DNA of 64,000 bases. Source: Cyanophora paradoxa CCMP329 (Eukaryota > Plantae > Glaucophyta). The notes below the pieces were generated by a model that worked only from the letters and a program-made list of their open reading frames with translations, did no database searches and had not been told where the DNA came from. The stretch is from assembly GCA_004431415.1 (NCBI GenBank), contig QPMI01000220.1, positions 1 through 64,000 on the forward strand, read 5' to 3'. The translations under genes were made by a program, and so were the position numbers. Numbering within the stretch: position 1 is the stretch's first letter; every line of letters begins with the position of its first letter. Of the stretch, positions 1-16,100 are shown one piece after another.

Positions 1-3000
1 CGCTGAGCTTGCCGGGCTCCGGGAGCCGCGCCGGACCCCTGGGCGCCCCGGGGCGGTCAGCGAGGCCGCAGGCGGGCCACGGGGGCGGGAGGGAGGGGCG
101 AAGAAGGCGCACCGGGGGACTCGTCGGGGCGCCCTCGTCCTGGGACCCGGCCTCGCCGTGCTTGGAGCCCGGGCTGCCGGCCCCGCCGTCGCCGTCGCCG
201 TCGCCGCCCTCGCCCTCGGAGGCGGAGGCGGAGTCGACGCGGAGGGCGGCCGCCTCACGCTCCCGCCGCGCGTCCCGCGCCTCCCGCGCCTCCAGCGCCG
301 CCGAGAGCGCCCCAGCAGGTCCGCCGGCGCCGGGCCCCGCCCCGCGCCCCGCCCCTGCGCCGCGCTCGGCGGCCGCGCCGCGGCGGGCTCCGCCCGCCCC
401 GCGCTCCGTCGGCGGCGGCGGCGCGTACAACTCGCGCTCTCCGCTCGGGTCCGGCAGCGACCTGCGCCCGCTCGGCCCGGCGCGGGCGGGGGCGGGGGCG
501 GGATGGGCGGGGCGGGCGCACCGTCGGCGGCCGAAGCTGAAGGAGCGCGGGAGGGGTACGCTTCGGCGGGGACGGGGCCGGGGAGCTGGAGGCCGCCCCA
601 AGCGAGGGCGGCGCCGGCGGGGTCGGCGGCGGGACGGGGGAGGGGGCGGGGCTGGCCCCGCGGGGCCGGCGCCGCGGCTGGGCGAGCCAGAGCCGGAGAA
701 GGACGAGGGGCGCGCCCGGGGGGCCGCCTCCCCAGGTCCGGGTCCCGGGGCGGCCCTGCGCCCCCGAGGCCAGGCGGGGCGAGGCGGGGCGCGGCGGGAA
801 GCCGGCGCGCCCGCCCGGCGTCGTGTGGCTCCGCGGGATCGCCGAGTAGGCGAAGCCGCCGGGGGCCGGCGGGGAGTCCGGCGCCGGCGAGGCGGGCCGC
901 GGAAGGCCTGCGCGGGGCGCCCGACCTCAGGGAGGGAGGGCGGGGCGGGAAGGCGGGAGGGATGCGCGCACCCGCTGGGCCGGCGGGCAGCGAGCGCCCG
1001 GGGGGCCGGAGACGGCGCGGGGCAGGATCGTCGCGGCGAAGCCGGCCGAGGGCGGCAGCTGCGTCTCCGATTCCGGCGAGAAGGGGCGCGGCGGCGCGAC
1101 TGCCGGGCCGCGTCAGCGGGGGCGGAGGGGCCGAGGCGGGGGCGGGGGGCCACTCACTCTCGCCGGCGAAGGGGGAGAGGGTGGCGAGGGCGCCGCCGGC
1201 CTCCGAGGCAGAGAAGGCGGAGGAGGCGCCCCCGAAGTTGAGGGCGAGGGGCGAGGGGGGCCCCGGCGCGCCGAAGGCACCCGGGGCGGCGAGCGGCGAG
1301 GCGAAGACGGGGGCGGGGCCGGGGCCGGGCAGGCCGGCGGAGCCGGGGGAGGTGGCAGAGGCGGCTCCAACGTGCACGGAGAGGCCGCTGCCGCCCCCGC
1401 CCGAGCGGCGCGCCTTCAGCGAGACGTTGGGCGTGCGGCCCATCGCCGGCGACCCCGCCGGCGAGCGCGCCGCGAGCGCTGCCGGGGGGGGGAGCCCCGG
1501 TCGGCGAGCGGCGGCGGAGGCGAGGGCGGGACGCACCTGGGGAGTCGGGGCGCGGGGGCAGGGTGGCGAGGATCGCTGAGACGGCCTCCAGCGCCTCGGC
1601 CGTCGAGGCCGGGCCCGAGCGGAGGGCCGGCATCGCGCCCAGCGACCCCAGCGACCCCGGCGCCCTGCGGCACGGCGTCGAGTCAGGCCGGCGGGCGGAG
1701 GCAAGGAGGAGGGGGCGGGGCGGGCCGGTGGGGCGGCGGGCTCCCGGACGGGTCGTGCGAGGCGCGGGAAGGGAGCGGAGGGCTGGAGGCGGGGCGTGCC
1801 GGCGGCGCCGGCCTCCGGGCTGGGCCCCGGCGTGGGCGCCCGGGGAGCTGCAGCTGTGCGGCGAAGGCGAAGGCGTTGGGGAGGCTGCCCGAGCGCGGCC
1901 GCCGCGGGGGCGGGTGCGGGGCGGGGGCCTCCAGCGGGAGGACCTCCTCCTCGTCCGGCGTGCGGCCCCCGCTCCGCGAGAAGCTCCTGCGCGTGCGCGT
2001 CGGGCGGGGCGGGCGGGACGGCGCGGCGCGGCGCGGCGCGGCGCGGCGCGCGGGGCGCACGTGAAGGAGAAGGAGGCGACGTCGGACTGGTCGGAGGCCG
2101 AGCGGTTCGAGTTGGAGCGGGGCAGGGAGAGGCGGCGGCCGCCCCCCAGGTAGAGGTGGCCCCCAGCGCCGGCGGCGCCTCGGCGTGCGCCGCGGGCGAC
2201 GCCGGCTCGGGCGGCAGCGCGAACGCGTGCTCGGGTGCGTCGTCGACGGCGACGGCCGAGGAGCGGCGCGTCGGCGGCTGCAGCTGCAGCTGGATGCCCA
2301 GCCCCAGCCCGCGCTCGCCGCCGGCCGCGCTGCCCGCGCCGGCGAGCCCGGGGCGAGAGGCCCGGCGGGGAAGCGGGGGCCCCGGGGGCCGGGGCGGGCT
2401 GGTCGATGCTCAGGCTGGGCTGGCGGGCGTGCCCGGCCGGCTGCGGGAGGGTGGAGGCGGTGCCCGAGAGGCGGCGGACGAGGGCGGCCGGGTTGATGTG
2501 CGCGGGGAGCGCGAAGAACGTCGGCGAGTCGCTGCCGGCCGGGCGCGGCGCGAGCGAGGGGGCCGAGGCCGGCCCGTGGAGCCCCGAGGCGTCGAAGATG
2601 ACGGGCGAGGCGCGGGCGGGGGGCGTCCCCGCCTCGGAGCGCGTGCGGGTCGGGGTCCCGGAGCCGGCCGACGCGGTCCCGGGGGCGTGCGCCGGCGCCC
2701 CCGGCGGCCCGTGCTCGTCCGAGGAGAGCTCGCCCGAGGCGAGGCGGTCCTTGTCCAGACTGGAGCGCCGCGCCTGCAGCCGGTTGAGCAGCGAGGTCAC
2801 GAGGAGGCCGCCCGCGCCGCCGCCGCTGCTGCTGCTGCCTCCGCCGCCGCCCGACCCGCTCTGCTGCGCGGGGCTCCGCCGCGCCGTCGAGTCCCCCGCT
2901 GGCGTGGATGGCCGCGCCACCGTGCCGCTCCCGCCGCCCGCCTCCAGGCTTGGGTCCCGGCTCTCGCTCAAGCGGCGGTGCAGCCGCGCCACGAACGATG

Positions 3001-3232
3001 CGGACATCGGCGGGGGGCTGCGCTCGGGCCCGCCTTGCACGGAAGAGCCCGAGCCCGCCGAGCGCGGGCTCTCCACCGGGCTGACGTCATTGAAAGATCG
3101 CGGGCGGGAAAGCGGCCCACGCGATGCCTCTGCGTTCAGAAAGCTGCCGAAGCCGATCGCTTCGTCCTCGTCACCCCCGGACTCGCTTCCGGACTCGCCT
3201 CGGTCACCGCCGAGCGCGCCCAAACCCGACAT
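1..3232 (-). CDS. Long Ser/Pro/Gly-rich, probably disordered hypothetical protein; spliced, 3' end runs off the window
   Basis: ATG at 3232 opens MSGLGALGGDRGESGSESGGDEDEAIGFGSF...; coding-like Ser/Pro-rich reading continues to position 1, with frame changes at introns or indels. No domain recognised. Confidence 0.6.
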
Positions 3233-3915
3233 GTCGCCCCCGGGAAAGCTGCCACAGGCCAGCCACTGCGCTGTTGCGTATACTGTTCGCTGTGCCGGAG
3301 TTGATGCAATGCCCCGGCGTCACGCTGCGCAGGCTGCGCAGCTCGATCGCATTGGCGCCCAACCTACGTTTCGGCGACGTGAAAAGCAGCCGTGATGGCG
3401 AGCAGCATGCAGCAGAGGCTCAACGATCAAGCTTTAGCGGCCGGCGGGCTACCGTAGTACCGCGCTAGTTCGGAACAAAGGCAGTCAGGTAGCTGTGCTG
3501 TGCTGTAGCTGCTGCAGCCCTGCAGCTAGACTCTGAGACGCTGCGCACGCGCGCGAGGGCGCCGGCGGACCGTCTCCAGATTCCAGCACCGCGCGCGCTC
3601 CGCGAATTGGAAGCTCACCGAACTAGTGCTCCTCAGGGGTACGCCTTCGTAGCGGTCGGCAAGCCGCGGGCCGCAAGCTTGGCCATGGTCGGCTCGCCGG
3701 GCGCCGGCGCCGGAGCCTCGCCCGCTTAATTAAGCTTTAATTTGCATTTTGCATTCGAAAAACGTTAAACGTTTTTTTGAGCTTGGAACTGTTTTTTTAA
3801 ACAACCTCCTCCGACGTACGTCACCGCGGATTGGATGGGGTCGGTTTACGGACCTATTCATGATTACGGACCAATTTACGGTAGGCGCATAGGCCGGTTA
3901 ATGTCTGGTCGCGGA

Positions 3916-4300
3916 TAGGGTTGCGCTTTACTTTTACCGGTAAACGGAAGAATTACCTTTACTCGGTAATATACTCGTACCTTACTCGGACCCCGTCCGA
4001 GTAATACTCGAGTAAACCGGAGGGGGTACAGCGCTGCAAGAGGGGGGAGGGGGAGGGGCAGGCTCTAGCAGCGCAGGGAGCGCAGTTCGGCGCATACAGC
4101 GTTGCTTCGCTATCGATTTAGACGATTTCCAGCCTGCATGCGCCAGCTCACGGCGCAGGACATGCCTCCGCCTCAGCTCGAGCTCGCTGGGCCGGGGGGG
4201 GGGAGGAGCGGTGTTTACTCGGTAATACTCCGGGTAATACTTTCAGTACTTTACCCTTACTCGGCCCGGACGGGGTATTACCGGAGTAAGCCCAACCCTA
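3916..4300. mobile_element. hAT-type MITE (385 bp)
   Basis: Termini TAGGGTTGcGCTT / AAGCcCAACCCTA; exact 8-bp flanking duplication GTCGCGGA at 3908-3915 and 4301-4308; subterminal TTACTCGG/CCGAGTAA repeats at both ends; no coding capacity. Confidence 0.85.
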
Positions 4301-4792
4301 GTCGCGGATAGGTTCAATTTGATTGAAGACCGTCGGACTTCATATTGGTAACAAAATATTCACTCTGCAAGCTGTATTATATAGCCTGTATATGCATATG
4401 TTAGTCCGCAAATATCGATATCAATGATATCATTGCATAATTATGCAGCGGGTGTCCAGATCTAGATCTAGAGGGCCACTCAGTGACTGGAGACTGGAGT
4501 CTGGAATCTGGATCCGGAGGCTGCCAGGGCTGTGCTGCCTCAGCCTGCCTGTGCATGTGGAGCGTTATATTTTCAAGTTTACCTGCTGTGTAACTTTAGC
4601 AGCACGGCACGCCGCCGTGACGCCGGGCACGGCGCCGGCGCCGGGCCCGCCGGCACGGTAGCGCTGCGCGCATCCCGGATTCCCGGCCCCCCGGGCCCGG
4701 GCGCCGCGCGACGAGGGGGTTCTGAGAACTTTCTGACTGCGCATGCTTCTCAGAGTCTGCGCCAGCGGCTCTAACTTCCGAGGGTCGGGCGG

Positions 4793-5307
4793 CTAGTCCT
4801 CCGGGGCGCAGGTGCGGGCGTCGGGGGCGAAAAGGGCCTCCAGGGGACGGCGGGCCTCGGCCTGCCGGAGGGCCTCCCGCCAGAGCGCCGCCGCCCGCTC
4901 CGCCGCCGCCAGCCGCGACCCCGCGAACTGCGTCGCCAGCCGCCACTCCTCGCACCTGCGCGCGCCCGCGCCCTCAGCGCACGCCGCTGCGATTGCCTGT
5001 GCCGGCGTCGCGGGGCGGCGCCGGCACCTCTCCGCGGCCCGGCGGGCGTCGACACCCTCCAGCATCTTCTCCGCGAACTGGGGTCGGGATTAGAGAGAAG
5101 GGGGGTACGGGGAGGTGGCTGCCCGGGGCGGGGGTACCGTCTTGTAGGTGTCCTTGTCCCGCGCGAGCTGTCGCCCGCCGAGTCGTCGGCCGCGTGAGGG
5201 AGGGCGGGGCGGGGCGGGGCGGGGCGGGGTGGGGAGGGGTACAGCCACCTGGGCGACCTTCTCCTCCAACGCTACGCGGGGCGCGGGGCGTCAGGGGCGC
5301 GATCGCG

Positions 5308-5342
<35 letters not shown>

Positions 5343-7996
5343 GCGGCGGCGAAAACTGTTCGACGTCCGCGCACCGGCCTCCTTCTCCTCGATGCGCTGC
5401 TCGAGGGCGTGGCGGCGGCGCTCCTCGCTGCGCCCGGCGAGCAGCTGCCCCAGCCGCGCCCCAAGCCGGTCCACTGGGCCCGAGAAGCCTGCCGCGAGGG
5501 GCTAGGATCTCCCGAGGCGCCGCGGGCCAGGGCCAGGGCGAGGGCCGCAGGGGTACCGGTCTTCTGGACGCGCTCGAGCTCGGCGCGGGCGCGGCGGAGC
5601 TCCGGCTCCTGCGCGGCGCGCGCGTGAGGGCGGGCCTCGAGGACGAGAAGGCGCCCCCTCGCCTCCTCGTCGACGCGGACGAGCAGGAGCTCCCTCTGCA
5701 GCTCCACCCGCTGCGCTCAGGTGAGCCTCAGATCAGACGGGGAGGGCGGGCGCCGGGGGGCGGCGCCCCGACGCGCCCTGACGGCCTCCGCGTACTCCAT
5801 CATCTCCTGCGCGCTCATACGAGCTCAGCTGGGGCTCAGGTGAGACCGGGAGGGGCGGCCGGGCCCCACGCGCCTCCAGGCTGTCCAGAAACCACGCCTC
5901 TTCCTCCCGCATCTGCGCCGACGGCGGGGCTCGGCGGCGACCGGTGGAGGCGCGCGCGCGCACGCCGGCGCCGGCGCGCGCGCGCCTGCGCGGTCCGCAG
6001 GGCGCGCTCCGCAGCCAGCGTCCGCCCGACGTCCCGAATCGCTCCCTGGCGCCCTCTAAGCGGCCGCGCGGGCGCCGGCGGGCCCCGGGCCCCGGGCCCG
6101 GCGCGCCTGGACGTACTCCGGTGCCCCGTCGCCCTTGCCCGACGCCTCCGCCAGCTCTGCGCATACGAGTTCCGCACGTTCGCGCCGGCCGCGCCTCGAG
6201 GGGTACAGAAACAGGCAGGGCCGCACCGCTCCAGGCCCGCTCGACGGCGGCGCGGTCGGTGAGGTCGACCTCTGCGCCTCGCCCGTGAGCGGCGGCCGGG
6301 GGGGCGCGCACGCCTCGCCTCGGGCCGGGGCCGACCCTTCTCGCGGACGTGGAGGGTGCGGTAGGCGCGGCGGAGGCCCGAGGCGGCGGCGTGGAGGCGC
6401 CCGATGTGCTCCACCAGCTTCTTGTACTCGAACCTGCCCGGGCCCCGCGTCGCCCCGAGGGACGAGCTCGAGAGGGGCGGGGAGAACGGGCGGGGCGGGG
6501 CGCACTCCTCGCCCGGGCGCTCCTCGGCGACCGCGAGGCGGCGCTGCGCCTCGGTCGCCAGCGCCGGCACCCCGGCCACGTCCGCGGCGCCGGCCGCCGC
6601 GGCCAGCGGGGCCTTTGGCGCTGGCGCGATGGTCGCGCCGAAGACGGGCGAGGGGAGGCCCAGGGCCGAGGGCCGCCGGCGGCCCTCGACGGACTGCGAG
6701 AGAAGGTCGATCCCGGGGCAACGGAGGGCCGGAGAAATCGAAGGGCGCGCCTCCCCCGTGAGGAAGGAGACGGTCTCGGGGGCGCTGGAGGTCAGCGGGT
6801 TGGCGACGACGGCGCGGAGGAAGCGCTGCAGCTTCCGCCGCCGCAGCTCCACGCCCTCCTCCATGCGGTCCAGCCCCACGCGCGCGTCCACTGCGCCGCG
6901 CGCCGGGCGTCGAGCACGCGCACGTCCCCGGCCGGCGGCGAGATTGGATTCAAGGCTAACCTTCGTCCAGGAACTGTTTGAGCGGGAACGGCAGGATTGC
7001 GAACGGCGCGGCCGTCGAGAGGCTCCCAAAGAGAGCGCGGAAGTCCTGCGCGAAGAATCGGGACTCCCGCGAGAGGAAAGGCGCGGAGATAAGAATAGGC
7101 TCAGAGGCTCGCCTTGAAGCGGCGCCGGGCGCGGAACGTGCGGACGGGTGCCGTCGTTCCTTTCTTCCCGAAGACGAACTGCGAGTGCGGGTCGCCCTCC
7201 GGCTCGCCGCCACCGACGAGGTACTGCGGCAGGTTCGTCCGCGTCTGAACCTGCGCGGTTCGGCGTTGGGCGGAGGCCGCGCGCAGATGTGGCGCTGGAT
7301 CGAGGCGCAAAAGAAAACCTCGTAGAGGGCGTGCTCGTGGACCGTGTCGACGCGGAAGGCGGCCTCGATGTCGACGTGGAGCTCGTACCTGATCGGACGC
7401 ATATGCGGCGCCTGCAAAAGCGCAAAAGCGCCTGCAGGAATGGAGGCGCAATAAGCGGGCGGCGCACGGCATGAGCTCGGCTAAAACGCTCGAGCGTCTG
7501 CTCGGAGCGGCCTGCGGGAGATTAACTGGGATTTCGGCGCAACGTCGTTGGTATGCGCGCGTGGGGAGAAGCGCACCGACTCGCCGTCCGAGCTCCGTGA
7601 GTCCGGAACGATCGCCGCGACCGCCCTTGCCACTCTTGCTTGAAGCTCGGGGTTGAGCGCAGGCACGTCGCCCGCGGCGCTCTGCGCATCGCCCGCGGCG
7701 CTCGGCGCGCTCGAGAGAAGGGGCCGCGGCGAAGGCGACTTTTGCTCTGACAGCAGGACCGCAGCGACTGCGTCTGTCTCGTCGAGGGAGAGAGAGTCGC
7801 GATGCACAGAGGGTCGTTCTGCGCTCGCAGGCTCGCCGCGGGGCCCGCTCTCCTCTCGCTCTGCGGCGCGGTGCGAGGGACTTGGGGTGCGGCTACGATC
7901 CCATGGGTGAGGCGATTGCTTGCTCCCCATATGCAATTCGGCAGAGGCGTCTGCTTGCTCAGCCAAGCGACCGTAGTCATCGTACCCCTCCATCAT
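4793..7996 (-). CDS. Sorting nexin (PX domain plus BAR-like helical C-terminus), multi-exon
   Basis: Spliced exons give HALYEVQTRT...RARRRFQDFRALFGSL...ILPFPLKQFLD...VELRRRKLQRFLRAVVANPLTSSAPETVSFL (PX motifs), followed by coiled helical exons ending ...AAERAAALWREAL...ED*. Confidence 0.8.
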
Positions 7997-8228
7997 CGCG
8001 CGAGCAAGCAAGGACTGGAGCGGCCGTGAGCCGTGAGCTGTAGTCAATCGAGTGAAGCCAGCAGAAGCCGGGGCAGGCAGCTGAAACGCCAGAGGAGGAG
8101 GCGGCAAGGGACACGCGCGCTCCCGTGGCGGAGGGACCGCCGACGCGCTCCGAACGGGTTTGCTCATCGACAGCCCGCTCGAGCAGCGCCTCCCACGGCA
8201 TGCGACACGAGTAGCCGAACCCCGCCGT

Positions 8229-12300
<4,072 letters not shown>

Positions 12301-13125
12301 CGGCGGCGCTGACGTCAGCGCCGCGCGCGCGAGCCGAGGCCGCCACGCAATTTTGCAGATAGGCAGCAGTTTGGGTATCGGATTCGGGAGGATATTTCTT
12401 TATGTTGCTCTATTCAAAAGGATGCGTATACGTTGACTCGGAGAGCCTGCTATTGATCAGCTGCTCAGCGGCGCCGGTTGGCCCCAGCTGCAGTGGCCAT
12501 GGCGCCCGGGCCCGGGGCTTCAGGATCAAGCTTGCAACTTGGTCATGATCATGAAATTTAGACGTACGTATGCGCTGCTAGTGCCCACCGTCACGGCGTG
12601 GCCCATGGCCAGTGGCACCGCGGTGCCGATAGGGGTGCGGGCCCTAGACTGCATGTAGCTTTAATATTAATATTTTTTTTGAGAGACTACTGAAGGGATC
12701 CGGAGAACCCCCCGTATACGTATACGTAGGTACCGGTAGTATGCTACGTAGCTACTGGCTGCAGCTGCTGATGGTCCTGACGGGCTCAAGAATCAATTTG
12801 AAAAATATTAATCATCAATGTAGTTAGGTAAAACAAAGGGAGGGAGGGCCTGGGGGCCGCGGGGGAGGGGGGGGGGCCGGGGCGGGGGCAGGGGGGAGGG
12901 GGAGGGGGGAGGGGGGAGGGGGGGAGGGGGGATTGGAATCGATACTCAAATCGCTTGTTTAGTGCGGCTGATCATGAGCAATCCCAGGGGGGGGGGGGGG
13001 GAGAAGGGGAGCGGGGAGGGAGGGGGGCGGGGGGGGGGGGGGGCGAGGGGGGGGATCGATTCTCATGATCAAAGCTAACCAGTCCCAGCTAACTATGCTG
13101 GCAATCAAGCCCAGGCGGCTACTCC

Positions 13126-16100
13126 CTAAGCGGAAGCTGCCGTCGACGTCGGAAGAAAGGACGAGAAGACCTCGAGATTCCTGCGACGCGTCGTTTGCCG
13201 ACTAGATCTGCCGCACGGCTTCGAATTCGCGATGAGAGCGGAGGGCGCACCGGAAGGAGGAGGTGACTGAGCCCTCGAAAGAAAGGTCGCCCAGGTTCTC
13301 TAGACTGTACGAAATCTCCAGCTCCTCGGTGAACGTCCGAGCGGCGATATACACCTAATCCACCACGTCAGATCCACAAAGAATTTCGAAACGCTTCTTG
13401 AATGAGCGCCGCACCTTCTGAGCCGACTGCAACAGGGCCGCCCGCTCGCTGTGGGAAGGTGCGCCGCTGCGCACTGCTCTGGCGATCGCCTTCGCCTTCT
13501 CCACCGCGTAGGTCGCTGCGAGCTTGTGCGCCGCCGCGCCGCAGCGCCGCTCCTCCTGCACTCGACTAAGGAATCGCGATCGCGCCGAAAAGGACGGAGA
13601 GGCCTCGGGGAATTCGATCGCGAGGCGGGCGAACCCAGGGGAAGCGAAGCAAGGCGTCCACAGCCAAGCGCACGACGGGATCCCCGAAGATGCCGAGCGA
13701 GTAGAAGCGCCGGTTCCGGCAACGCCACTCGCGCTTGCAGATCTGGCACGAGCTCGAGCTCGAGCTTGAACAGCACGGGTGGTCTCTGTACGAGCGCAGG
13801 TTCTTGCGCATCCGCTGGTGCTCGACGATCGGGCCAGAGAGGGCATCCAGCTGCTCGACGCTGTACAGGTCTTCCAGGGCCCCAGCTCTAGAAGCAAGCG
13901 GACCGACGCGACCAGGGTCCTGGTACGTGTACGGAATCGCGGCCGCCTTGGAAGCGTAGTCCAAGAGATGTTCGAGAGGCTTGGTCATCTCTGCGACGCC
14001 GCGCCAGTGGGTAACCACTCGCATGCGCCCGTTTGTGTCGCTGCTGAGAGCGTAAGCCGCGGCTCGTGGACGACGCAACGCTGATATTATTTTAGAGCGG
14101 GCCGGGTCGCACTCGTCCGAGAGGACCGCGTGGTCGGAGAGCTCGCCCCAGCGAGCGAGGAGCGCCATTGCGGCCACGCTGCTCTCTGGGCGCGCCCGCG
14201 CGTCGAGACCGAGCGCCGCCTCGACCCGCGCCCTCCCCGCCTCGTCCCTGCGCATGCGCGCTGGGGATCAGCGTGCAGCCATCCCAAGAGAGACAGAGAC
14301 AGAGGCAGAGGCAGCCCGGCCCGGCCGGGTCCGCGCACTCTGCGAGGAGGAGGGCGACGGCGGCCAGGACCAGGCGGGCGTCGCGCTTGCTCTCCTCGGA
14401 CACGACCGGGTTCTCGCGGTTCAAGAGGAGCGTACTGCAGGTGCGCGTCCACCTCGTCGGCAGTTTCCACTCTGGCGCGCGTTTCTCAGCAATATATATA
14501 TAATTACAAGGAAATCCACGCCCACCGCCGACATAAACCAAGGGCACGCTCCGCTTGATCTCAGCCAGCCTTTCCTGCCATGGCACAAATCAGAAACGGG
14601 AGCTGCAGCTCCACTGCGCTCGGCGAAACGCTCAGAGGGGGGGGCGCGCGGGGCATGCGCGCCTGCAGCCAGGTATCGCACAGTCGCTTCTCCTGCTCGC
14701 CGCCGGTCGAGAGGACGTCCCTGATGACCCAGACCGCCTGCACGCAGGGGCAGACGTCCCACACGAGCATCGCGAGCCGCATCGCGTCCGCCCTCTCGCC
14801 CTCCCCTGCGCCCCCCGCGCATCAGATTCGAGCGGCCGAGCTCGAGCTCCACGGCCGGCTACAGGCGGGCGGCGGGCGCGCCTGCATCGCTGGCCTGCGA
14901 GAGAAGACGGACGTGGAGCTCTCCGAGGAGGACCCGCCAGAACGCGGGCGAGGCGAGGTCGAAGCGCCTGGAGAAGTACTGCTGGACTTGCGGGCAGGAG
15001 AAGGCTGCAAGGCCGATCTTCGCCGCGAGGAACAAGTCGACGACAAGCGGATCGTCATCGGAGTCCTCCGCATCATCCACAGCGAACTTCTCCGCCAGCG
15101 ACTTGTACGGTCCAAAAGGATCATACATCTCATCGAACTGGGAAAGGCCGCCGTGGATGCGTTCGAGGAGTAGGCCGAAGAGATGGCGCCGGCGCTGCAG
15201 CACCGCATGTGCATAATCGACATGCACACCAACCGGGCGAATACCGGCACCCCAGAGCTCAGCCAGGCGCGGGGCTGCGTCGTCAAGGAAGCGAAGCTGA
15301 GAGAACGGTTAGCTAGAATCTGGCGCGAGATGACCTCCAGAGAAAGCTTGCACCGCGAATTCAGAATGCGTCGAGTCTGGACTGGTCATGCTCGAGAAGA
15401 CAAGAGGGGCGGCACTCGCCACGTCACCGCCCGCATTCAACAGGACGGCGAACCGTAGGCGCTGCTCGCATTCCCCGGTGTCGCTGCAGAAAGTCGTGAC
15501 GGATCGACCCGCCTTCGCGGCCAGCCGCAGGACGACGCCTGCTAAGAAGGCGCTAACTGAGCTCGAGCTGCCGTCCTGGCCGACGCTGGCGATTGCAAGG
15601 AGGGACTGTATGGCTCCCGATAACTGCTGGCTGACGCCTCCGATCGTTAGCGCTCTGCCGTCGGCACAAAGAGCCGATCCGCCGTAGTCCGCGAGGTGGG
15701 TTTGCAGCAGACGCGCCGCGAGTTCGAGCAAGACCAAACAGGGCGCGTCGCGGAGAGCCCGGTCGCCCGCCTCGAATCCGCTTCCGAAGAACGTGCGGAG
15801 AGCGTCCACGCTGACCACCGAAGCCTGAATCAAGTGCACGCGCGGCCGACATTGAAAGAGTCAATATCAACAGTGGAAAACGAGCGCGACCGAAACATTG
15901 CACGTACAAGTGCTGATCGCGATTCAAAGCTCTTCGCGATCTGAGAGCCTGCAGCTGGATTCGAAGCTCTGAACGTTGACCCGAAAGGTTTCGCCGTGAT
16001 GAGCAGATCGAAACAGAATGCCCTGCGGGCGTCGGCGCCAGCACCGCTGCTCTCCAACTCCAAAACAGCGGCCGCAAGCCGCAGAGCGTCATCAAAGCGC

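Noticed and set aside
14555-15458. Plus-strand ORFs that look protein-like
   Set aside because: They are antisense to exons of the minus-strand SWIM gene, whose splice sites are consistent on the minus strand.
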